A stretch of 64,000 bases of DNA from an uncultured virus (IMG/VR IMGVR_UViG_3300027373_000191) (taxonomy: Duplodnaviria > Heunggongvirae > Uroviricota > Caudoviricetes). Position numbers and translations under genes: made by a program. This document shows positions 10,401 through 17,439 of this stretch, in pieces. Location of the stretch: IMG/VR virus record IMGVR_UViG_3300027373_000191; one strand, 5' to 3'. A model generated the notes under the pieces. The model saw only the letters and a list, made by a program, of their open reading frames with translations. It ran no database searches and had not been told where the DNA came from. Each line of letters starts with the position of its first letter. The stretch's first letter is position 1.

Positions 10401-12322
10401 TTAATTATTTTTTCAATTATTTCTTTTTTTACTTTGCATGATCCTACCATAAAATATGAACGATATTCTCCTAGTTCAGGGACAGAGACAACAGATAAAT
10501 CTTTTTTTTCTGTTAAATATGTATCATGATTTTCTGCTTTTTTTAAAAGAGTTTGTAATTCCTCTAATAAATATTCTCCATATTTATTTTCAACAGAATT
10601 ATATGTTTTTGATAAATGATCTCTAATCATTGGATAAACTTCTGAATGTGCTAAAAGTTTTTTAAAAAAGTATTCTGATTGTCCCTTTGTTTTATCTCTT
10701 CTCTTTATTTGCGCTAAAAACAAAATATCAAAAACATTTTTTTCTGATGGACATTCAAAAAAATCTTCTATTTTTTTTATTTCATAATTATCATCATAAG
10801 ATACCGATATATTGTATTTTTCTGGATATTTTTTCTTCATAGTTTCATAAACTATTCCAGAAAAATCATTTGGGTCCGAATAAAATACTTCATTTACTGA
10901 TGTAATTATATTTGTGTCTGTCATTATTTTTTCATGATTATTAACAAGATCCTCTAGAAGATCGTAAGGTATCTTCATGTGGGATTTGGGGAAAAAATTT
11001 GGAATTTTTTTACTTTTAATCAAATCCCATGATTTAGTGTAATTATACTGATTTAATATATGATTTTCAAAACAACTTAAATAATCATACCAACAAAAAT
11101 AAACAATGTTTGGGAATCTTTCAAATAATAATAATCTTTTAGACAATGGAGTATATCTAGAGTAAGACAAATCTTTTAATTCGTCTTTCTGTTTAGAATT
11201 TAATTCACTTTCATCTAAATCAAGAATATCTTTTGATTTCTGGTCTTGAATACCAGAAAGGAAGTCTTCTGCACCAGCTATTTTTATACTATCTTTTTTT
11301 TTTGGATACCAATTACTTTCATATTTTTCCATCAAAGAACTACTGGCCAAGGATTCGCCTTTTATGCCAAGAAGAAGCGGAAGGACTCCATCAGTTTTCC
11401 TTTTATTATTAAGAAGAACAATAGCTTCCCTTAGGAATCTTTTTTCAGCAGAAACTGGGCCATCCTCTCCCATATCACCATTGGCATGAGTCGCTTCATG
11501 AACCATAACCTCTCCAAGAACAAGGATTTCTATTTCTTCTTTATTCCTTGCCATAAAAACATCCATATCTTCTGGGCCAAATGTCCAATTCTGACCACCA
11601 TACTGTATATTAAATTGCATCATTTCTTTGTTATCTGGGAATTGGTCATTAACGTTCTGTGGATAGTTCTTCATAAACGAATTTACTTCGTTTTGCATAC
11701 TTTCTGTAAGCTCTGAAATTTCAGACTGTATCCTATTAAGATTCAATCTAAAACCTTTACCCTGAAGCTCTGTCTCGTATACGCCAAGATGACCCTGATC
11801 AGAAGAAACTCCTACCCAATTTATGCCTTGCATAACACCAGACAGACTTGTCTGTCCTATTAACTGAATTGCCTTTAAAGAGGCTCCTGAGCTTATTCCT
11901 GACGTTTCAATCTCAGAAGTGTCTGGGAACCCGCCTTTATCTTGATTAATTTGCTGAGTATTAACATTCCCCAAATCAGTTTGGTCTGGTATTTGGGGGT
12001 CAATATTTTCTTGTGCTATTTTTTTTATGATATTTGATGAGGCTATAATGTCGTTACTGAATTCCTGAAGAAGTTCTTCATATATTTCGATAGCATAATC
12101 TTTCCCTTGTCCATATATTTTGCCTAATTCAGACAACCAATCATCATCATTGACTATTTTTTTTATAGATGACCAGAATTCTTCAGAATTTGGATCATAA
12201 TTTTTAAAAATATCCAATATTTTTTTTATTTTATATATAAAATCACTATCTTTTTCAGATTTTTTTATTAAACAAAAATTAAACTCAGAGAATTTTAATC
12301 TTTTATTTTCTTTTTTTTCCAT
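1448..12322 (-). CDS. 3624-aa polyvalent/polyprotein-like virion protein (two HExxH modules, CCA-adding enzyme + HD, ART-like module, unknown modules)
   Basis: Uninterrupted 10.9-kb ORF; VHEATH and WHEVSH; VGGAVRD..DID, RRDFTIN, EDPLR, CHDLGK; LYHVT..SLTT..EREY; modules separated by WYKx[A/S] motifs. Confidence 0.9.
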   Translation of the reverse strand: MEKKENKRLKFSEFNFCLIKKSEKDSDFIYKIKKILDIFKNYDPNSEEFWSSIKKIVNDDDWLSELGKIYGQGKDYAIEIYEELLQEFSNDIIASSNIIKKIAQENIDPQIPDQTDLGNVNTQQINQDKGGFPDTSEIETSGISSGASLKAIQLIGQTSLSGVMQGINWVGVSSDQGHLGVYETELQGKGFRLNLNRIQSEISELTESMQNEVNSFMKNYPQNVNDQFPDNKEMMQFNIQYGGQNWTFGPEDMDVFMARNKEEIEILVLGEVMVHEATHANGDMGEDGPVSAEKRFLREAIVLLNNKRKTDGVLPLLLGIKGESLASSSLMEKYESNWYPKKKDSIKIAGAEDFLSGIQDQKSKDILDLDESELNSKQKDELKDLSYSRYTPLSKRLLLFERFPNIVYFCWYDYLSCFENHILNQYNYTKSWDLIKSKKIPNFFPKSHMKIPYDLLEDLVNNHEKIMTDTNIITSVNEVFYSDPNDFSGIVYETMKKKYPEKYNISVSYDDNYEIKKIEDFFECPSEKNVFDILFLAQIKRRDKTKGQSEYFFKKLLAHSEVYPMIRDHLSKTYNSVENKYGEYLLEELQTLLKKAENHDTYLTEKKDLSVVSVPELGEYRSYFMVGSCKVKKEIIEKIINEINKDINNGEENYRDYGIYFINEDNYKKETVENDLLYYIIEDKELNYEEENKHLTQEELLQKYKYLKPELELGKIYLIDSNNEIRDIGNVVEDCSISSDFSYRGYMHDAYVGCGLNQVEKSNNFKKWFYEKLSESQNKNLFLISLKDNEILKEIMSEASSFVAEKYIIRMKNIINEGDYNQDTFDQSKQVLDTGYNLAVEIISNIPNDIRDKYFSENCTWFTLTSGLYSKKAVIDRALKYPSDALKVHFNIACRDGFTEDEKNKLYEDITVKKNNDSNKIKEKFPEIIKKYGTEKELKDFPNLYSYIYDMISKILPKNDNAGYDHKKGKYLSSFEFAYDQIMDTKIFLINRNKINEFVMNEFSEEANSFDHLPDNVSGFYAPKYSLIDSPAIVVYTGKVIDDDTEKQIKNIIGLDNTEYQQLSFQEEGTLWHEVSHSMMTSMGFFGNSGDSPSEWLTSPSEIAAINFGNVGFIRNRLYDFFLKEIEGNKNLETGLIFQIKSDIVESFPMEFYGLSKEEAEVKSGDILNEIAVETANYEMNVEQKAKLMSSIFTSYFMGKMLRGKVEDEISKVLNETKQNGKYDFKEEAVPPEKVEEWYPRKRDEYISYLEKRQDYSDFILNAKKIVDSYVRNERVKSEVRPYCNNMGDFNIPTDIWQLSMLLFSPPWNSNMDVYQKNPIFSRIIPTDLFFEVQKIMTNKKSEDAVWQYNDKNEKVTPEEAEDAGKFISDMNEEYGPDFIFLQKNEKSWYKIAQREMSQNVFTHNKVRNAYIKETRGGYSVGIGDPGSRVFVFVKSDDIDTRVELDGSLTAEIPREAYISLMNKKEKKDNEIEQEKALLRNKEEQRLETIKKVEERRRNAPKQPDMFPDSVQDALRKEYSKSNNWYKSADKKITIKDLNKISDDDWSRINDMMNADGYDFRGGEDTKEIFFRLTNRSGGIDRNIFPDHYNAFVSVYGPLGVSDNKRKTDPILQAKKDYGLTNNIYEAGFILPDGSLLDMSGGGSGGRGLDHHEMAQYFPESDSQYEGLNNFMMLGIIRCSFGRSSSMDIVKEPTAYQYRAIESAVNGIEELYLDLSFGEGNKVPFLYGSADPRNNGRVNSKRVINDIKRFYSQSGPARISKNNNWYKKAQQREYVPVFYSKLQRVLEKKLPKINSPKSLLQLLNSNLGVKKEEIMWSGITDWIEGQDRKMEKKEIIDFLDNNNIKLEDVHPILDKELENHLDWTEFEPVENDFDENMFEEYYREAMEKYSEEEDFEEFGGYYDGKAREEANFRMNDEEISMYEKNDREYGYTIRLDAIVDKYFVFSPDGDELAEENDENEAEGVAERDALGNQKEGEEKYQYKEYSLNGEESENYGELLLTWKNPAINTKNYNKHFDAQNVISHARYSSIKDEDKGDVFFIEEIQSDWHQEGRENGYNKLSDKKELDKRYNKIKQSFNSLLENNPDKREWEEAKYRLSSFDILSFLNFVSRNEKMSNEINDYIGIPNYINETISFEKEKIKGDSVDEAPFSDTKSWASLMFKRMARWAAEKDFDGISWTTGEQQAERYSLRKKINEISFMTYREMDGTAYRDRLTVIDVNGRPVFDENYSYYDGWDKEKIRKRMTEVIGKELTERILDKGETKIQGEDIEIGGSGMINFYDTIIPSIAKKIGRQYGVELSRIKIPEGQDKFSINYYLPISRKMKEDILYNGQPLFAKTKSKTKESDMKNWYKVAQNEGKYKIDLDIPIPSGLIDIFETFKRNGYQSLIVGGAVRDAFLGNKSKDIDVEVYGANYESLVKMLKQYGRVDIVGQAFGVIKFVDKDGNDYDFSVPRRDNKIGKGHRGFEMEFDPSIQPKEAASRRDFTINSLAYDPLTHEIHDYFGGIEDLNNKILRATSPAFAEDPLRVLRGMQFASRFGFNIEPETAKMAATLKNEPLVIERVKEEWMKMFTKGKYPSKIIQYLIDTEWIDNYPELKGIVDVEQDSIWHPCGSVDVHTAHVMDAAAVIADERGIKGESRAVLLASALCHDLGKANTTKREMKDGVERVTSHGHAEESVPLTKTFLERIGIQKNIINQVVPLVGSHMKHIDFDEKSKNVNVRQIAESLFPATIEQLEMVIRSDMGGRPPLEGGLPDSAQRMVDLAKEENVYKNKAQPLIQGKDILEIYPSAPRNKFLGEALIYSYKKQLEGSVKNKDQALAVAMNYLRQKISFINGNDILGVIGGNGGPHIGEIINHAWESQIRGEFNNKDEAMLWLEYNYGNKTAKTTHWYKTSALEPWQMNKKDFLGETDPILLENYENVISSGREEDWGIARKELSTKETMWTNSILSAISMGFISVEDAIENGYPYPLDLKKKFKPLPDILYHVTVAMDKVMQLGLKTRDDLGVKEANGLGGGESNSISLTTDIDYARSIKINLVEGARTANGDLSPEEMIKMAKMGTGAKRPYYNEIEKYFESSFGPLKYFLRGKKIENFFIEPVEEMLDKGYSLLDEEDKNVWRGGDGREYSNSFLKDMNEEERIRDSMGLYKAFALFRQEAGGMEYAWFGFNDDNALSKIDVSKIGILELRSKPNTFGTFFPAEREYRVYSGDTVEIIGIVDDEIKKNSSTKNNWYKKSQFNEEYNSSDEYGDDEESEDPTSIWTRLDTKPIEEIHKLEYMLFDLDKREYLNNTPKYYQMKERLELLSKEILNKMKSVYTSWVNDHTKSGWLRSHLEGLLMNKGSEGNSLFNIDIKENVLEKLSEEISKNLDKITGYDKYGNPLRTSIENIILSRSLHKILDTKKGLEEAISFLNHDYFDSSEFEGKTEIEQIQIAKEEIEQSGLDSEFADYLTNNGFETSDFNLSLKPYQIKEAIENFMPDDWWEFFIFETPTEIYEIPEIIRENQIHLYQGPFYYVFEEVAKTSGYDQWASTINNKKGVNAIQKTIKRINDTKELIEDSLSSNDIKKRMIALTIGLNTAHATGGMSQYLGLTERELEELSNLDFKPWDNELKRISKVSKDWYKIKDK

Positions 12323-12335
12323 AGTATATTTTTCC

Positions 12336-12755
12336 CTATAAGTTTAGATGACTTTTTATCCTTATTATTTCGCATTCGCTTTCTCTTATGTTTTTGTTTA
12401 GTTCGTTTAACTCTTCTTTTGTAGCCATTTTTTCCGCATAGTCAACTCTAAGGTTTGCTAATGTTGCGTTTATTTCTAAAATTTTATTAAATATTTCTTC
12501 TTTTGATACGGTATTACTTTGAGCATTATGGTCAAAAATTTTATGGTCAACGTATTCATTCATTTCTTTTATTATTTTTTCTTCAAATTCTTTATCGTCT
12601 CTCTTCATTTTTGGCCATACTGTTTTCCAAAAAAAAGTAAACATGCTATAAAAAGTAAAACTAATAACAGTAGCTACTACTGCTATTATCATTATTTTTA
12701 ACTGAGCATCAATTTCCTGAAGAAAAAAATTATCAAAAAAATCCCACATTGCCAT
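12336..12755 (-). CDS. single-TM membrane protein with C-terminal coiled coil (holin-like topology)
   Basis: Hydrophobic IMIIAVVATVISFTFYSMFTFFW followed by a charged heptad-rich region; coupled to the upstream gene by a TAATG overlap. Confidence 0.5.
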   Translation of the reverse strand: MAMWDFFDNFFLQEIDAQLKIMIIAVVATVISFTFYSMFTFFWKTVWPKMKRDDKEFEEKIIKEMNEYVDHKIFDHNAQSNTVSKEEIFNKILEINATLANLRVDYAEKMATKEELNELNKNIRESECEIIRIKSHLNL

Positions 12756-13696
12756 TACCCCATTATACTGAATTTATTTATTTCATTCTCTATAAGGTCC
12801 AGCATAGCTTCTGGATTAGAATTTTTTATTCCAAATTTTTCTATTTTTTCCTCTAGCGATTTATTCATTATAGACAAATTTATTTCTGCTAATTTCTGTT
12901 TAGTTATATCAACTACTGTAATTAATACATAGTTACTATACTCTTTTTCTTTTTTTAAGAAAACAGATGAACAGCTAAGAAGAACATCTACTTCTTTACC
13001 ACTAACACAAACAAATCTACCTTCTATTGGTTTTTTTATAGAAAATATAATTTCATCTAATGAAAGATCTTTAGTTTCTTTATAATTACATTTATCTATA
13101 AATTTCTTAAATTTTAATATCAAATCAAAATTATGATTATACTCTGCCATTGTTTCGCATTTTAAATCAAAAATATCTAAAAAAGCTTGATTCAATTCCT
13201 CTATTTTACCTTCATTATTTATTAAACAAATTCCAGAAGGAATAGTATTGTATATACTTCTCAATAATTCTTTTTTATATTTTAAACTACATTCTAAATC
13301 CATTCTCAATAAAGAATATCTTATGGATCTTTCTAGACTAGACGCAGATATTTCTCCCTTTACTAAATAATCAGAAATACCTTCCGAAAGGAGATTTGTT
13401 GATTTTTCGAAATCTGGGAATCCAGTTATCATTATAATTGGTTTATCTTCTATTTTTGACTTTATGATCATTGCTAAATCTAGTCCATTTTCTGGACCAA
13501 TTTTATAATCTATTAAAAAAACATCATATTCATTCAAAAAACCATATTTTTCAAAATTACAAATAGCATCAGAAAATGAATTTATATGGTCAAGGTGGTA
13601 TTTCCCCGGCTTTATATCTTCCAAATAATCTTTAACTAGAAGAATATCATCTTCATCATCTTCGATATATAGAATTTTTATTCTACACTTATCCAT
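12755..13696 (-). CDS. response regulator, REC + PAS domains
   Basis: ILYIEDDEDD, FLIDY..GPENG, IIMITG, DYLVKG; PAS-like IPSGICLINNEGKIEELNQAF...VVDITKQK. Confidence 0.9.
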   Translation of the reverse strand: MDKCRIKILYIEDDEDDILLVKDYLEDIKPGKYHLDHINSFSDAICNFEKYGFLNEYDVFLIDYKIGPENGLDLAMIIKSKIEDKPIIMITGFPDFEKSTNLLSEGISDYLVKGEISASSLERSIRYSLLRMDLECSLKYKKELLRSIYNTIPSGICLINNEGKIEELNQAFLDIFDLKCETMAEYNHNFDLILKFKKFIDKCNYKETKDLSLDEIIFSIKKPIEGRFVCVSGKEVDVLLSCSSVFLKKEKEYSNYVLITVVDITKQKLAEINLSIMNKSLEEKIEKFGIKNSNPEAMLDLIENEINKFSIMG

Positions 13697-13712
13697 ATAA
13701 AATATCCTCCTT

Positions 13713-14159
13713 TTACTTGGAAGAATTTGGCAATTTTACAAAACCAAACCAATACTTAGTTACATTTTCAAGAAGATCTTCAAAATCTGTAAGGTGAGTT
13801 GGTTTAGCTATGTATGAATTTACTCCAAGTTTATACCCTCTCTCAATATCATCTTCATTGTTAGATGAAGTGAATAATATTATCGGTATTGTTTTGAAGT
13901 CATGATTTTGTTTTATTTCTTCAAGAACTTCAAACCCATTTTTTTTTGGCATATTTATATCTAATAATACAAGTGAAGGTGTGGGAGAATCTTCTTCAAA
14001 TTCTTCTTCTCTTTTAAGGTATCTTAGAAATTTTTCACCATCATCAACATTCCTTATCTCTATGCCATTGATCTTAGATAAAGCATCTTGAATTGAAAAC
14101 ACATCATCATCATCATCATCGACTATTAGAATTATGTTCTTTTTTATTTGACTAGTCAT
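13713..14159 (-). CDS. single-domain response regulator (Rcp1-like)
   Basis: ILIVDDDDDD, LVLLDINMPKKNG, IPIILFTSS, GVNSYIAKP, and the YW...VKLP tail typical of Rcp1-type receivers. Confidence 0.92.
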   Translation of the reverse strand: MTSQIKKNIILIVDDDDDDVFSIQDALSKINGIEIRNVDDGEKFLRYLKREEEFEEDSPTPSLVLLDINMPKKNGFEVLEEIKQNHDFKTIPIILFTSSNNEDDIERGYKLGVNSYIAKPTHLTDFEDLLENVTKYWFGFVKLPNSSK

Positions 14160-15285
14160 CTTGCCTATCCTTTTCTTGACGAATTTTTGGAAGAGTCACA
14201 ATAAACGTAGCCCCTTCTCCTTCTTCGCTTATAGCTGTTATGTCTCCATGATGTCTATCTACTATTCTCTTACAGATAGCAAGGCCAACACCAGTCCCAG
14301 CATATCTAGAATTACTGTGTAATCTTTGAAATATCTGGAAAATCTTTCCTAAATGTCTTTCATCAAATCCTATACCATTATCTTCTATATAAATAGCAAC
14401 TTTACCTTCTGGCAATTCCTGTGAATATATTTTTACTATAGATTTTTCATTTTCTTTTGCGAATTTAAATGCATTGCTTAGTAAATTCTGGAATAATTGT
14501 CTAATCATTGTCGCATCCGCTTCTATAGTAGGCAAACTACCTATAATGCTTACGTCTGCTTCTGAATTAATTATTTTAATTTCTAAATCACTGATTACAT
14601 TCTTTATAACATCCTCTATATCAACATTAGAAAACTCAATATCTCCAGTATTTGTTCTTGAATACATAAGAAGACCATTAAGTAGACTCTCAAGTCTCAT
14701 AGAAGCATTAGTCATTCTTGTTAAATAATTTTTTATTTTTAATTTTTTATCATTATCAAAATCTTCAATATATCCTATTTCCTTCTGTAATCTTTCTCCA
14801 AAAGCTACAATTTTCCTCATTGGTTCTCTAAGATCATGAGACGCTGCTGAGGCAAATTCGTCAAGTTGTTCATTTTTTTCTATTAATTTTTCTATATACA
14901 TCCCTATTTTTGCTTCACTATCTATTCTTTCTGTAATATCCTTTTTGATAGCAACATAATATTCTGTCCCATTTTTCACTGGAGTAATCGACATTTCTTC
15001 ATAATATAAACTACCGTCTTTTTTCTTATTAATCAATGTCCCTGACCACACTTGTCCAGAAGATATTGTAGACCACAAATCATGATAGATAGACTCTGGC
15101 TGAATTCCAGATTTAAATATTCTTGGATTTTTACCAATTAATTCAGAAATAGTATACCCAGTTTTATCAAGAATATATTTGTTTGCCCATAATATATTCC
15201 CCTTTTTATCACAAACAACTATTCCACAGGCAACATTCTCAAAAATAACGTTTATAGAATTTGTACCAAGATATTTAGTAGGCAT
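14152..15285 (-). CDS. cytoplasmic PAS-domain sensor histidine kinase
   Basis: PAS (GYTISELIGKNPRIFKSG), H-box ASHDLREP, N-box QNLLSNAFKF, G1 DNGIG, G2 GTGVGLAI. Confidence 0.95.
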   Translation of the reverse strand: MPTKYLGTNSINVIFENVACGIVVCDKKGNILWANKYILDKTGYTISELIGKNPRIFKSGIQPESIYHDLWSTISSGQVWSGTLINKKKDGSLYYEEMSITPVKNGTEYYVAIKKDITERIDSEAKIGMYIEKLIEKNEQLDEFASAASHDLREPMRKIVAFGERLQKEIGYIEDFDNDKKLKIKNYLTRMTNASMRLESLLNGLLMYSRTNTGDIEFSNVDIEDVIKNVISDLEIKIINSEADVSIIGSLPTIEADATMIRQLFQNLLSNAFKFAKENEKSIVKIYSQELPEGKVAIYIEDNGIGFDERHLGKIFQIFQRLHSNSRYAGTGVGLAICKRIVDRHHGDITAISEEGEGATFIVTLPKIRQEKDRQDD

Positions 15286-15410
15286 ATTTTCTCTCCAAAA
15301 TTATATTTCTCTTCTATATATCTTGTTCTTAATATAAAATAAATTTCCCTATAAACATTTTTTATTATTTAAAAGAAGATTATTGATTTGTAATAACATA
15401 TATTATTTTT

Positions 15411-15443
15411 TAAAAAAAAATCCCTGAATTAATACTCAGGGAT
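15411..15443 (-). terminator. rho-independent terminator
   Basis: TCCCTGA...TCAGGGA stem followed on the minus strand by a T9 run. Confidence 0.65.
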
Positions 15444-15490
15444 ATTCCAATCGTTTATGTTTTGTATTATAACATTCCATTGTCATTTAT

Positions 15491-15734
15491 TTGGACTACC
15501 CCACCCACTAGGGGTGGGGATTCCTGCTTCATCGATCCTCTAACGAGGCATCTCCACAGGCTCACTGGGTCGTCCCGACCCTGAATTCTTCCATCATTAA
15601 CTAATCAAATATCTTGGTTATCAATATTCTCTTAGTCAATACTATTATACGATATCTTCTGTCGCCAATTCATCCCCACCGATAAACGGCAAGCAATTCT
15701 GCTAAAGCAGAATTGTGGGGTTTTCTTTAGCTCC
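15491..15734 (-). mobile_element. non-autonomous IS200/IS605-family element (MITE-like) retaining both ends and a TnpB omegaRNA-like scaffold
   Basis: GC-rich island. Minus strand: left-end-like AAGAAAACCCCAC...GGTGGGGATGAATTG; right-end-like GCCTGTGGAG...GAAGCAGGAATCCCCACCCCTAGTGGGTGGGGTAGTCCAA; no tnpA/tnpB ORF inside; left boundary approximate. Confidence 0.65.
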
Positions 15735-16004
15735 ATCAATATAATCGACGACAGCCGTCCTAACCTCGACTTGGCTATATTTCATCCCAAGTTCTTCAAT
15801 AAACGTTTCTAATTCAGATTTAATCATGAGCATTCTTCCTGCCTGATCTTCATCCATACCCTCTTGTTGAGCTACTTCCTCAGACACATTATTATGAAAT
15901 TCTTCTAATTGTTGATCGTTATAATCTGATGTTTGGGCCTTCTTTATTTGCCCACAATCAAGACTATCAAAATTTTCTCCACTTTGGATATATATATTCA
16001 TCAA
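15702..16004 (-). CDS. hypothetical acidic protein (contains KKAQ motif)
   Basis: ATGA overlap with the upstream gene; last codons overlap the IS-like left end. Confidence 0.65.
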   Translation of the reverse strand: MMNIYIQSGENFDSLDCGQIKKAQTSDYNDQQLEEFHNNVSEEVAQQEGMDEDQAGRMLMIKSELETFIEELGMKYSQVEVRTAVVDYIDGAKENPTILL

Positions 16005-17068
16005 ACTCTCCTTTTTTTAGGATAAAAGTCATAACCGGGTCTTCCAGTATCTTTCTTTTTACCTTTTGGTTCTTCATTATTATTGTCATTGAGATAATAG
16101 CCTCTTTTTGCGTTATCTAATATTTCAAATTTCTCTTCTCGTCTCTGTTGCCTTTCTCTTTTTTTTCTTCTCACATAAGCCTTATGTTTTTCTCTTTCTT
16201 CTAACAAATGCTTTATCATTGTTGTTTCTTGAGCTTGAACTATTCTTATATTTCTGGAAGCCTCAAAAGAAGTCGGGGAGATTGTTGTTCCAAATATTTC
16301 TTCTTTTATTATGCTATCTATTTCAGGAACACGAGGGATATATTCTAAAATACCTATTTTACGATATTCTTCATAAGCCATCTTAGGATTTGACTCAAAT
16401 GTTTTTTTAACAGTTCTCTCTACCATCTTACTATTTGGGTGTTCTTCTAGAAATTTTATTAAATATGGCACAAAAGACATAACAGTTTCTGTATATTTAG
16501 GATCCTCTTTCAATCCCATTTGAAGCTTAAATCTTATCCCTCTTAAAATAATCTTTGGATTTATAGATAATGTTTTAGATGGAGACAATGGAGTTCTTAA
16601 TATTTTATTTTTTATATCAGATATACCTTTTTTTGTAATATCAATTATTTCATTAGAATATGGGTCTAAAAGAAGTGTATTTATTGTAAAATCTCTTGAA
16701 TAAATGTCTTTATTAATTGAGTTTGGCTCAACATCTAATAAATACAATTGATCAACAATATGAGGGACATTATAGTAAGAATTGTGGAATTCTACCTCTC
16801 TACCAGAAGGCATAACAACTAACGCTGTCCCAGAAGATTCATAAATAACTGGTTCTGGTAAATCATATTTTGCGGAAACAAAAAAAGCAAGGTCAAAGGC
16901 ATTCCCATTCTCTTCAGTAATATCTAAATCAGTGTCATTGTTAACTCCATTTCCAGATACTATATCCCTAGGAAAACCTCCGACGATATATATCTTCATC
17001 TTGAGGTCTTTTGCAACTTCATTTATTATATTTAATTCTTTTTTGATATCTTCTGGAATACTTATCAT
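16001..17068 (-). CDS. class II tRNA nucleotidyltransferase/poly(A) polymerase family protein, divergent
   Basis: IVGGFPRD..DLD, SRDFTIN; motif D reads INPKIILRGIRF instead of EDPLRxLR. Confidence 0.85.
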   Translation of the reverse strand: MISIPEDIKKELNIINEVAKDLKMKIYIVGGFPRDIVSGNGVNNDTDLDITEENGNAFDLAFFVSAKYDLPEPVIYESSGTALVVMPSGREVEFHNSYYNVPHIVDQLYLLDVEPNSINKDIYSRDFTINTLLLDPYSNEIIDITKKGISDIKNKILRTPLSPSKTLSINPKIILRGIRFKLQMGLKEDPKYTETVMSFVPYLIKFLEEHPNSKMVERTVKKTFESNPKMAYEEYRKIGILEYIPRVPEIDSIIKEEIFGTTISPTSFEASRNIRIVQAQETTMIKHLLEEREKHKAYVRRKKRERQQRREEKFEILDNAKRGYYLNDNNNEEPKGKKKDTGRPGYDFYPKKRRV

Positions 17069-17424
17069 CTTTCTATTCCTTTTTTAAAAGTTATTCCACT
17101 ACCCTCTATAGCCAAATATCCACCTTTCTCTATTCCTAGATTTTTAGGAGCATCTCTATGAGCCTCGACAACATGATGAATATCATAACCATCAGAAGAA
17201 ACTCCATTTAATTGGTTTGGCTCTAAAAATTTTATATCTTTTATCTCACCCTCGCCATTGCAAAAAATAAGAGATATAGGGAAAGAAACATTGTTATTCC
17301 AAAAACTATATTTACCTGCTTTTTTAAAATAAAAATAAGCGCACTCATCTTCTTCAAGAGGGGTATGACCCATCAATCCCATTCTTCTAGTAAGATCATT
17401 ATCTGCTATTAATCTAATTCTCAT
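17065..17424 (-). CDS. DUF192 family protein
   Basis: IAD...RRMGLMG, FWNNNVSFPISLIF, VVEA pattern. Confidence 0.8.
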   Translation of the reverse strand: MRIRLIADNDLTRRMGLMGHTPLEEDECAYFYFKKAGKYSFWNNNVSFPISLIFCNGEGEIKDIKFLEPNQLNGVSSDGYDIHHVVEAHRDAPKNLGIEKGGYLAIEGSGITFKKGIER

Positions 17425-17439
17425 TTTAAAGCCTCTATT

